From Alphaproteobacteria bacterium (lineage in GTDB: Bacteria > Pseudomonadota > Alphaproteobacteria > UBA7887), in contig CBDCGL010000011.1 of the NCBI GenBank assembly GCA_965216755.1, forward strand, positions 4,000,001 to 4,064,000: DNA of 64,000 nucleotides. The letters are read 5' to 3'. Below the pieces are notes generated by a model, which worked only from the letters and a program-made list of their open reading frames with translations, had not been told where the DNA came from and did no database searches. Positions 30,650 to 39,171 of this stretch are shown one piece after another. The position numbers and the translations under genes are program-made. Positions within the stretch are counted from its first letter, which is position 1; each line of letters opens with the position of its first letter.

Positions 30650-31642
30650 GTGGATGACGTCCAAGTAACGCGTGCATGCGCACCCAAAGGGAAAACAACA
30701 AGCTGGTACGTCTTGCGGGCCTTACGCCTTTTTTGCGTAGGCTGCTGTGCCACACTTCTGGCGACCGCCGTTGCCGCCCAGGAGACCGACCAAGGCCAAG
30801 CGGGCGATGATTCAGCCGAAACCGCGGTTGAGGCCGACACCGAAGCCGCCGCCGAGGCGGTCGCGGATCCGGCTGGCGACGAAGGTGCACTGACGCTGAA
30901 GAGCGGCGTCATAACTTTTGCCAGTGGCAGTCGATATGAAGGCGAACTGCAAAACGGCAAGATGCACGGTCAAGGGACCTTTGCTTACGCCAATGGCGAC
31001 GTCTACGAGGGCGGCTTCGTCGAGGGCGAAATGGAAGGCGATGCAAAATTGACCTTCGCCAATGGCGATGTCTACGAAGGGCAATTTGTTGCCGGCCGCC
31101 GGCAGGGCCAGGGCACGTTAACGTTTGCCACCGGCGACGTGTACGAGGGTAGTTTTGAAGACGGCCAAATGCATGGCGAAGGGACGTTCACGTTCGCCAA
31201 TGGCGATGTCTATGTCGGATCGTTTGCCGAAGGGCTGCGCGAGGGCCAAGGCAAACTCACCTTTGCGCGCGGTGGCACATATGATGGCGGCTTTTCCGCT
31301 GGCGAGATGCACGGCACTGGCGCCTTCACGTTCGAAAATGGCGACATTTACGAAGGTGACTTTGTCAATGGCCGTCGTCACGGCCAGGGCATCTATAAGT
31401 TCGAAAACGGCAATCTTTATGAGGGCGCGTTCAACGAAGGCCAGATACACGGCCAAGGCAAACTGACCCTTTCAAATGGCGACGTGTACGAAGGCGGATT
31501 CAGCAACGGTGTGCAAGATGGCGAGGGGACCTACATTTATGCAGATGGGATCCGTTTTGAGGGAACCTATGTCAACGGTGCGCGCAGCGGTCATGGAGTG
31601 CTGATTTATCCCAATGGCGATCGGGTCGAAGGGGAGTTCTGA
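30650..31642 (+). CDS. secreted MORN-repeat protein
   Basis: Ten full 23-aa repeats (YEGxFxxGxxHGxGxxxFxNGDx) plus a partial eleventh; hydrophobic signal-like segment ending AVAA-QE and an acidic linker; GTG at 30650 after AAGGAGG. Confidence 0.9.
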   Translation: MDDVQVTRACAPKGKTTSWYVLRALRLFCVGCCATLLATAVAAQETDQGQAGDDSAETAVEADTEAAAEAVADPAGDEGALTLKSGVITFASGSRYEGELQNGKMHGQGTFAYANGDVYEGGFVEGEMEGDAKLTFANGDVYEGQFVAGRRQGQGTLTFATGDVYEGSFEDGQMHGEGTFTFANGDVYVGSFAEGLREGQGKLTFARGGTYDGGFSAGEMHGTGAFTFENGDIYEGDFVNGRRHGQGIYKFENGNLYEGAFNEGQIHGQGKLTLSNGDVYEGGFSNGVQDGEGTYIYADGIRFEGTYVNGARSGHGVLIYPNGDRVEGEF

Positions 31643-31685
31643 CGATCAACACCGACCGCGGTCGCGGGTCGAGGGGGGCAGCGAC

Positions 31686-32549
31686 GTGGACCAACGACAG
31701 GACGTGTTGGCGGAATTAGACGCGACAAATAAGGAACTGAGGCGGCAACTCGAAGAAACCAACCAAGCCATGTGGGCTCTTTATAAAGAGCTCGACGACA
31801 AGAATGCCGAACTGGAACGGTCGAATAACGAACTCGACCAGTTTGCCATGATTGCCAGCCACGATTTACAAGAACCTTTGCGCAAAGTGATTGCGTTCGG
31901 CGAACGGCTTGGCGCGGAGTATTCGGACGGCCTGGATGCGCGCGCCCACGACTACATCGAGCGCATGCAAAACGCCTCGCAGCGCATGGTTCACCTGATC
32001 AGCGATCTGCTCAGCTTTGCCCGGGTGACCAGCCAGGCGCAGCCATTTGAACCCACCGACCTAAATGCGGTGGTGGCCGAGGTCTTATCTGACTTGGAAG
32101 AGCGTATTCGCGACGAAAATGGCCGGGTCGATTTGAACGATTTGCCTGTTGTCGAGGCCGATCCCATTCAAATGCATCAGTTGCTGATGAACTTAATTGG
32201 TAACGGATTGAAATTCCACGCGCCGGATCGGGCCCCCGTGGTCACGGTGGCCAATAAGATCGATCCGCCAGGTTTCGCCAACATTCTGGTTTCTGACAAC
32301 GGGATCGGATTCGACGAGAAATATGCCGATCGCATCTTTCAGCCATTTCGTCGGCTGCGCGGCATGGGTGCCTACGAAGGCACCGGCATGGGCCTTGCGA
32401 TCTGTCAGAAAATCGCGGTGCGTCATGGTGGTGGCATTCAAGTCAGAAGCGTGCCGGGCAAAGGAAGTCGCTTCTTGGTGACGCTGCCACTGACTCAGCC
32501 GCGCGCGGATCGTGAAAGTGATCGGGAGCCTGTCGCCGCCCATGGTTGA
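31686..32549 (+). CDS. cytoplasmic histidine kinase without a sensor domain
   Basis: H box ASHDLQEPLRK, N box NLIGNGLKF, DNGIGF, F box IFQPF, GTGMGL; only a coiled coil precedes the H box; GTG start after GAGGGGG. Confidence 0.9.
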   Translation: MDQRQDVLAELDATNKELRRQLEETNQAMWALYKELDDKNAELERSNNELDQFAMIASHDLQEPLRKVIAFGERLGAEYSDGLDARAHDYIERMQNASQRMVHLISDLLSFARVTSQAQPFEPTDLNAVVAEVLSDLEERIRDENGRVDLNDLPVVEADPIQMHQLLMNLIGNGLKFHAPDRAPVVTVANKIDPPGFANILVSDNGIGFDEKYADRIFQPFRRLRGMGAYEGTGMGLAICQKIAVRHGGGIQVRSVPGKGSRFLVTLPLTQPRADRESDREPVAAHG

Positions 32550-33879
32550 CGCGATGGTCGAAATCACGGCGATGGCGTCCGAGCCGATTAGCATCCTCTT
32601 GGTCGAAGATGATCCGGATGATGTGGTTATTTTCGAATCCCTTCTGCGCACAATTGATTCACAGGGCCATCATGATTGGCAGCATGCCGATACTATCGCG
32701 AGCGCCCGCGAACTGATCCGCGCGCGGCGCTACGATATGTGCTTTTTTGACTACCAGATTGGCGCTGAAACCGGCCTTGAGCTTCTGCGCATGATCAGGG
32801 AGGAAGGCTATTCGCGTCCGGTGATCATGCTCACCGGCCATGGCGACGAAGCCGTCGCGGTCGATGCCATGAAGTCGGGCGCCAATGATTACCTGGTGAA
32901 ACGTGGGCTCACCGCCGATCGTTTGGAAGCCGCTATTCGTCACGCCGTGCACTTGAACAGTGAAGCCGAACGCCGGCGGTTGGCGGAACTCGCCTTGCGG
33001 ACCTCGGAAGCGCGCTATCGCGACTTGGTCGAGCGTGTGCCCGTCATTGTGTGTGAATTGTCGGCCGATGGCGAAACCTTGTTCGTCAACGAAACGATCA
33101 CCGATGTGACCGGCTACGCGCCGGAAGACTTGGTCGGACGCGATTGGTGGCAGACACTGACACGCGATGATAGCGGCACGCAGGTGCCGCGGGTCCACGC
33201 GGCTCTTCGCGCCAACGATATCGATGCGTTTGAAATGACCATGCGGGGCAAGGATGGCCAGGACCTGACCATTGAATGGAAATCTGCCAACCGTTACGGG
33301 CGTGATGGCGGATTGGAAAATGTTCTGTGCATTGGCCTTGATGTTACCGAACGGGTGCGCTTGCGCGAGGAACTGCGCCTGATGGCAGTTCGTGACGAGC
33401 TCACCGGACTCAACAATCGGCGTGGCTTCATGGCCGTGGCCGAACAGCAATTGCGGTTGGCGGCGCGTGAAAAGACATCGATGTTGATGGTGTTTATCGA
33501 TGTTGATGGTCTCAAGACGATCAATGATCGCCTCGGCCATGCCGAAGGTGATCGGGCACTAACAGACTTGGCCGATCTCATGCGCGCGACATTTCGCACG
33601 TCTGACATTACAGGTCGCTTGGGCGGCGACGAGTTTGTGGCATTGCTTGCCGAACGCACGCTACACGGCGGCGACCTGGTGATTGACCGTTTGCAGGATC
33701 AGATCGATCGTTTCAACAGCCGCCGGGAGCGGCCCTATGTGCTCTCGGCAAGCATCGGCGTTGCCCGCTATGATCCCGAAAAGCCGGCATCGGTGAGCGA
33801 GCTTCTCAACCGTTCGGATACGGCCATGTACGAACAAAAGCAGCGCGGGCGAGCCCGCGACGTGGTGTTGGATTCGTAA
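32542..33879 (+). CDS. REC-PAS-GGDEF diguanylate cyclase
   Basis: Receiver (EDD, FFDY, TGHG, YLVK), PAS domain, DELTGL, intact GGDEF with RxxD I-site (RTSD); start approximate. Confidence 0.92.
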   Translation: MVDAMVEITAMASEPISILLVEDDPDDVVIFESLLRTIDSQGHHDWQHADTIASARELIRARRYDMCFFDYQIGAETGLELLRMIREEGYSRPVIMLTGHGDEAVAVDAMKSGANDYLVKRGLTADRLEAAIRHAVHLNSEAERRRLAELALRTSEARYRDLVERVPVIVCELSADGETLFVNETITDVTGYAPEDLVGRDWWQTLTRDDSGTQVPRVHAALRANDIDAFEMTMRGKDGQDLTIEWKSANRYGRDGGLENVLCIGLDVTERVRLREELRLMAVRDELTGLNNRRGFMAVAEQQLRLAAREKTSMLMVFIDVDGLKTINDRLGHAEGDRALTDLADLMRATFRTSDITGRLGGDEFVALLAERTLHGGDLVIDRLQDQIDRFNSRRERPYVLSASIGVARYDPEKPASVSELLNRSDTAMYEQKQRGRARDVVLDS

Positions 33880-33908
33880 GCCGGCCAACGGCCCAACGGC
33901 ACTGTCGT

Positions 33909-34520
33909 TCAAGGACGCTGTGATCGGATCTTGGTCAATGGCCCGAGATTGAGCCAAGCGCGGCGTTTGCGCCCGGCGGCGGCGGCGCCAATGACTTCCA
34001 AATGATCATCCCCGATCGCGCGTGTCAGCGACGAATCCCCTCGCACGATATGAATCATGTCGGGCAACGTGCACGATAGGTAGAGATCGACATCATATCC
34101 CGGGTCTTGCAAACAGAGCTCGCAGCCGCCGTTTTCATTGACGAACCACCACATGGACTTTTCAGCCGGTTGGTCGACGATTACAAGCTGCACGACCGCC
34201 CGCGCAGGACCGAATGCGTCGGCTTTGACGTTCCGCTCCAAGCTCCAAATCAGCAATCCAAGGTCTATTTCATTGTCGGCCAACTCGCGCCGCGACCAGC
34301 GCTGGCCCCAAACGCCCAAAGCTTCGACCAGCGGGACGAACTCGCGCCCGTTTTGCGTCAGATGATAGGTGGCTTTCCCTTGATTCTTGCTATTGCGCCG
34401 ATCGATTACGCCTTCGGCTTCGAGCTGCTTCAAGCGGCGCGACAACAGCGTCGGTGACATCAGTGGCACGCCCCGGCGCAGTTCGGAAAAACGTGTCGCG
34501 CCGGCCGCCATGGCGCGCAT
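33909..34520 (-). pseudogene. HxlR-family winged-helix regulator, apparently N-terminally truncated
   Basis: TRFSELRRGVPLMSPTLLSRRLKQLE, YHLT..G, WGQRW plus a C-terminal domain; the usual N-terminal YGQFCP..ERW segment was not found upstream. Confidence 0.6.
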
Positions 34521-34700
34521 TTTGTCAGGGCTGTGAAAGCATCGACGCGCGCTGTTTCGACGATCACGAGGCCTGTCAGGCGACCTGTGCCAAAACCAAT
34601 GGATGCTGGTCGGGCTCCCTAATCCGCAACCTTCTGGACCGAGGTGGGGGACGATCGCTATAGTCCGAGCCCGCAACGGCATAACATTTCGGAGCCGGCC

Positions 34701-36011
34701 ATGGCCAAAACACCACGCGGATCCGTTACCGCAGAGCATGATCCGACTGCCGAAGGGGTCGACCGACGGCGTTTGTTGACCGGGAGTGTCGCGGCGGCGG
34801 GGGCGGCCGGGCTTTTGGCCGCGAGCCGCGCCATGCCGGCCACCGCGGCAGAGGCGATCGGCGAGAACCAGCCACCTTGGATGACAACGCCAGGGGAATC
34901 GTTTCGTATATACGGCAAACCGTCCGTCCACGAAGATGCCGTTGTTCGTACGGTCCTTCAGCCATATGGCGCGCTGGCGCCCGGCGCCGGCGTTGCGATG
35001 ACTCCCCTTCAATCTTTGAACGGCATCATCACGCCCAATGGTCTGCATTTTGAACGTAGCCACAATGGCATTCCACAAATCGATCCGGATGAGCACGAAT
35101 TTCTGATCCATGGTCTGGTGCGTCGGGCGCTCAAATTCCGGGTCGAGGATCTTGTCCGCTATGCCATGCAGTCCAGTCTTTATTTTATTGAGTGTTCAGG
35201 CAATAGTTTCTTTAACAGCAATCTGTTTCCTGAGCCGATGCAGGTGCCGGTGGGCATGATCCACGGCTTGGTTTCCGGTGCCGAATGGACCGGCGTGCCA
35301 TTGGCGGTGCTGCTGGACGAAGCCGGTGTGGAAGCGAACGGAAAATGGATTCTGGCGGAAGGTGCCGATGCGGCGGGCATGAGCCGCAGCGTGCCGATCG
35401 AAAAATGCTTAGATGACGCATTGATTGCATTCTATCAGAATGGTGAGCGCCTGCGGCCCGAACAAGGTTATCCCATGCGCCTGCTTTTGCCTGGTTGGGA
35501 AGGCAATATGAGCGTCAAATGGCTGCGGCGGATAAAGGTCACGGCCGGACCGACCCACACGAAAGATGAAACTTCGAAATATACCGACCTGATGCCCGAC
35601 GGCATGTCACGCCAGTTCACCTATACGATGGACGTGAAATCAACGATTACCCGTCCGGCGGGTGGCTTGACGATGACCGGAGCCGGCTTCTACGAAATCG
35701 CCGGTTTGGCGTGGTCGGGGCATGGCCGTATCAAACGCGTCGAAGTGTCCACGGACGGCGGGCAGCAATGGGTCGACGCACATCTTGACGCGCCGGTGCT
35801 ACCCAAGGCGTTGACGCGGTTTCGGGTTCCGTGGTCGTGGGATGGCGCGGGTGCCATACTGCAAAGCCGGGCGACCGACGAAAAAGGCAATGTGCAAGTA
35901 CCGCGAGACGTGTGGTCGCAGCAATATGCGAGCGGGCATCTCTATCATTGCAACGCAATTCAAAGTTGGCATGTACAACCTGACGGCAGTATCGAAAATG
36001 TTTACGCATAA
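34701..36011 (+). CDS. soxC: SoxC/SorA-like molybdopterin sulfite dehydrogenase
   Basis: Tat signal DRRRLL, TPNGLHFER.H, FIECSGN (Mo-ligand Cys), EQGYPMRL, KWLRRI, GLAWSG. Confidence 0.88.
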   Translation: MAKTPRGSVTAEHDPTAEGVDRRRLLTGSVAAAGAAGLLAASRAMPATAAEAIGENQPPWMTTPGESFRIYGKPSVHEDAVVRTVLQPYGALAPGAGVAMTPLQSLNGIITPNGLHFERSHNGIPQIDPDEHEFLIHGLVRRALKFRVEDLVRYAMQSSLYFIECSGNSFFNSNLFPEPMQVPVGMIHGLVSGAEWTGVPLAVLLDEAGVEANGKWILAEGADAAGMSRSVPIEKCLDDALIAFYQNGERLRPEQGYPMRLLLPGWEGNMSVKWLRRIKVTAGPTHTKDETSKYTDLMPDGMSRQFTYTMDVKSTITRPAGGLTMTGAGFYEIAGLAWSGHGRIKRVEVSTDGGQQWVDAHLDAPVLPKALTRFRVPWSWDGAGAILQSRATDEKGNVQVPRDVWSQQYASGHLYHCNAIQSWHVQPDGSIENVYA

Positions 36012-36525
36012 AATCGCGCTCGTTGCCGCGGTCTCGATTGGCGCCAGCAGTATCGCTTTGGCTGGCGCCGATCTGGGTCGCGAGGCGACACCGGAAGAGG
36101 TCGCCGCGTGGGACATCAGTGTTGCGCCGGACGGCGCCGATCTACCGCCGGGCAGTGGTACAGTCGGCGAAGGTCGGGTCGTCTATGAACGGAAATGTGA
36201 AACCTGTCACGGCAAGGGCGCGGTTGGTGGCGAGGGGCTAGCGGATCCGTTGGTCGGTGGCGCGGGGTCGCTCACAACCGATTCGCCGACCAAGACCGTC
36301 GGCAGCTTTTGGCCCCATGCGACGACCCTGTTCGACTATATCCGGCGGGCCATGCCATACAACGAACCGATGTCGCTGACCGACGACCAGGTCTATGCTT
36401 TGTGTGCATATATTTTGCATGAAAATGAAATTATCGACGCCGATGCGGTGATGACGGCTGACTCGTTGCCCAATGTGGCGATGCCCAACCGCGACGGGTT
36501 TATCAGCTACTGGCCGGAACCGTGA
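35998..36525 (+). CDS. soxD: SoxD-like monoheme cytochrome c
   Basis: Signal peptide, WDI.V.PDG..LPPGSG, CETCH, KTVGSFWP..TTLFDYIRRAMP, MPNRDGF; overlaps the soxC stop. Confidence 0.85.
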   Translation: MFTHKIALVAAVSIGASSIALAGADLGREATPEEVAAWDISVAPDGADLPPGSGTVGEGRVVYERKCETCHGKGAVGGEGLADPLVGGAGSLTTDSPTKTVGSFWPHATTLFDYIRRAMPYNEPMSLTDDQVYALCAYILHENEIIDADAVMTADSLPNVAMPNRDGFISYWPEP

Positions 36526-36540
36526 TCGCCGGTTGCTGTG

Positions 36541-37128
36541 TCAACCGCCGTCATCGCCCAATAGGGCGCGCCGAAATCGGTGTTTCAGCCAGACGCCGTC
36601 ACGCGGCGGCAAGACCATTGGCGCCAGATCCTGGCTGACCAGCATATCTGCAAACAGCGGACCAGGCGCGTTGTGGACGGCATCGCGGAGAGAGTCAACG
36701 CCAGCCATATCGGTGATAAATCGGCTGTCATGAATACCGGCGCCGCGCGCCATGGCGACCAGATCAACGCCCGCGGCGACATGTGTTTTCTGGCGGCCGG
36801 TTTCGCCGTAAAGGCCATTGTTGCAGAGAACCACCGCGAGGTTCTCGGGTTGACGCACGGCGATGGTGGCCAAGCCGCCGAGGCCCATCAGCATTTCCCC
36901 ATCGCCGGTGACCACCAAAACCCGGCGCTCCGGCCGGGCGAGTGCTAGGCCAAGGCCGATCATGGCGGCGTTGCCCATGCCACCCCACAAGGGGAATGTC
37001 AGGTCGTTGTCACCCGCCGCGGTCGTATCCCAGGCGGTGCCACCGAGCCCGGCGATGACCAGCAGGTCGCCACGATCACGAAGAAGTTGTGCGACCGCTT
37101 GGCGTCGGTCAATGCGATTGTCTGTCAT
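36541..37128 (-). CDS. ThDP-binding subunit, sulfopyruvate/phosphonopyruvate decarboxylase beta (ComE-like)
   Basis: WGGMG, GDGEMLMGLG...NNGLYGETG.Q ThDP motif; 195 aa. Confidence 0.8.
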   Translation of the reverse strand: MTDNRIDRRQAVAQLLRDRGDLLVIAGLGGTAWDTTAAGDNDLTFPLWGGMGNAAMIGLGLALARPERRVLVVTGDGEMLMGLGGLATIAVRQPENLAVVLCNNGLYGETGRQKTHVAAGVDLVAMARGAGIHDSRFITDMAGVDSLRDAVHNAPGPLFADMLVSQDLAPMVLPPRDGVWLKHRFRRALLGDDGG

Positions 37129-37136
37129 GGCGACGA

Positions 37137-37667
37137 TTAGTCCTGAAAGCTCTTGGCGCCGATTAACCGTTGCGACAGCAAGATGGCGGTCGGTTGCCCC
37201 GCTTTGAACGCCAGTCCGGCCATGGCGTCGACCGCCCGCGCGACATCACCCGCCGCATCAACACGCACGCAGCGGACCTGAAGCGCCGCCAAGACGTCTT
37301 CCGTGGCGCGGCCCATCGGAACCTGCCATGGATTGCCTTCGCCCCACTCGCCGCGCATGGTCACCAACATCAGCAGCGGGAACTGGCAGGCGCTGGCGAT
37401 GGACGCGATGGCGTTAATGCAATTGCCGACGCCACTCGACTGCATCAGCAGGACGGCGCGCGCACCGCCGAGCCAGGCGCCCGCCGAGACACCGATGCCC
37501 TCTTCCTCGGTGGTCAGCGACACCATCTCCATGTCGGCGTCCTCGTCGCACAGGATCAGAAGACGGCTGTGGCCGGCGTCCGGGACGTAGGCGACTTGGC
37601 TAACGCCGTGTCGTTTCAGCGCATCGTGTATGGCCGCCGGCCAATCCAATTCTTGTGTTGTTGTCAT
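37137..37667 (-). CDS. sulfopyruvate/phosphonopyruvate decarboxylase alpha (ComD-like)
   Basis: YVPD, TTEEEG, GAWLGG, LMQSSGVGN, MRGEWGE.NPWQVPMG. Confidence 0.8.
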   Translation of the reverse strand: MTTTQELDWPAAIHDALKRHGVSQVAYVPDAGHSRLLILCDEDADMEMVSLTTEEEGIGVSAGAWLGGARAVLLMQSSGVGNCINAIASIASACQFPLLMLVTMRGEWGEGNPWQVPMGRATEDVLAALQVRCVRVDAAGDVARAVDAMAGLAFKAGQPTAILLSQRLIGAKSFQD

Positions 37668-37673
37668 GATCGT

Positions 37674-39110
37674 TCACGCCGCCGGCGAGGCGCGCCCATA
37701 TTTGTCGTCAAACCGCACGATGTCGTCTTCGCCGACATAGTTGCCGCACTGGACTTCGATGATTCGGAGCATGCCTTCTCCCGGATTTTCCAAGCGGTGC
37801 TTGGCGCCGACCGGAATAAATGTCGATTGATTGGACTCCAAATAGCGGATGTCGTCGTCACAGGTTGTGCGCGCGGTTCCTTCGACGACGATCCAATGCT
37901 CACTACGGTGATTATGCATTTGCAGGCTCAACGTGGCGCCCGGTTTGACGGCGATTTCCTTGATTTTGAAGCGCGGACCTTCGAGCAACACCTGAAACGA
38001 ACCCCAGGGGCGCGTTTCCGCCAGATGGCGTACCGCTTCTTGGCGTTTGTCGTTGCGCAGGCGGTCGACGACGGCGCGAATATCGTTGTCGGCGTTCATG
38101 CCGGCGACCAAAACCGCATCGGCAGTTTCCGTCACCACCACATTATCAAGCCCGGCGCAGGCGACCAGACGGCTATCGCCGTGAACCAGACAATTGTGGC
38201 TGCCGGCCAAGACCACATCGCCAAATGCAACATTACCGGCTTCGTCTTTTTGCTCGACTTCCCAAATCTTCAACCATGTGCCGACATCCGACCAGCGGGG
38301 ATCCACTGGCACCACCGCGACGCGATCGGATTGTTCCATCACCGCGGTATCAACCGGCGCCTTGGGAATTTTGCCATAGGCCTTGGTGTCGAACCGCACG
38401 GCGCCGGCGTCGAGGCGGCGGGCTTGGAACGTGTCTTGGGCACTGTCGTGGATATCGGCACGGTGGCGATGCAACTCCTCGATCAGGCGGTCGGCGCGAA
38501 ACACGAACATGCCGCTGTTCCACAGCACTTTGTCCGTGGCGATCAATGCCTCGGCCGTGGCCTGATCCGGCTTTTCAATAAAGCGGCCCACGGTCATGGC
38601 GCCTTTGACGCCCTTGAAGGGTTTGCCTTGCTCGATATAGCCATAGCCGGTTTCCGGCCGTGACGGGGCGATGCCGAACGTGACCAGCGCCCCGGCCGCA
38701 GCCGCTTTGGCGGCGGTCTTCAGCGCGGCCAGCAGGGCCGGCACGTCGCCGACGACGTGGTCGGCCGGCGCGACAAACAGCATGGCGTCGGCGTCTTGCT
38801 CCAATGCATAAAGCGCGGCCACAGCGATCGCCGCCGCCGTATTGCGCCCTTCCGGTTCCAGCAAAATGTGGTGGGTCAGGCTGCCATCAATCTCCGCCAA
38901 CTGATCGCGGACCGGGAAGTAGTGTACTTCGGTGGTTACCGTGATCACGTTCGATGGCGCGCCGGCCGTGCAGGCCCGATCGGCGGCCTGTTGGAGCAGC
39001 GATCGGCCACCAACCAAGTTTAGCAGTTGCTTGGGATAGATTTCGCGGCTCAATGGCCACAGACGCGTGCCCAAGCCGCCCGCGAGAAGAACGGGAAACA
39101 ATGTGCTCAT
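37674..39110 (-). CDS. manC: mannose-1-phosphate guanylyltransferase/mannose-6-phosphate isomerase
   Basis: LAGGLGTRLWPLSR..PKQ, EPEGRNTA, GYGYI, FIEKPD, WNSG, RPWG, SLQMHNHRSEHW cupin; ATG at 39110. Confidence 0.95.
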   Translation of the reverse strand: MSTLFPVLLAGGLGTRLWPLSREIYPKQLLNLVGGRSLLQQAADRACTAGAPSNVITVTTEVHYFPVRDQLAEIDGSLTHHILLEPEGRNTAAAIAVAALYALEQDADAMLFVAPADHVVGDVPALLAALKTAAKAAAAGALVTFGIAPSRPETGYGYIEQGKPFKGVKGAMTVGRFIEKPDQATAEALIATDKVLWNSGMFVFRADRLIEELHRHRADIHDSAQDTFQARRLDAGAVRFDTKAYGKIPKAPVDTAVMEQSDRVAVVPVDPRWSDVGTWLKIWEVEQKDEAGNVAFGDVVLAGSHNCLVHGDSRLVACAGLDNVVVTETADAVLVAGMNADNDIRAVVDRLRNDKRQEAVRHLAETRPWGSFQVLLEGPRFKIKEIAVKPGATLSLQMHNHRSEHWIVVEGTARTTCDDDIRYLESNQSTFIPVGAKHRLENPGEGMLRIIEVQCGNYVGEDDIVRFDDKYGRASPAA

Positions 39111-39171
39111 ATCGATGAACTTAGCCCTCAGCGGTTGGATCTTGATAACGAAATAGGTTCTATCTGCGTCG

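Noticed and set aside
30900-31640. Periodic DNA repeats (AATGGCGACGTCTACGAGGG-like) as a possible CRISPR array
   Set aside because: 69-bp period with synonymous variation inside an ORF, i.e. MORN protein repeats; no unique spacers or cas genes.
34521-35111. Long N-terminal extension of the 400-aa HxlR ORF
   Set aside because: Overlaps soxC on the opposite strand and has no HxlR similarity.
37170-38663. 497-aa plus-strand ORF
   Set aside because: Antisense shadow of comD-like and manC; no motifs; expected in GC-rich coding DNA.
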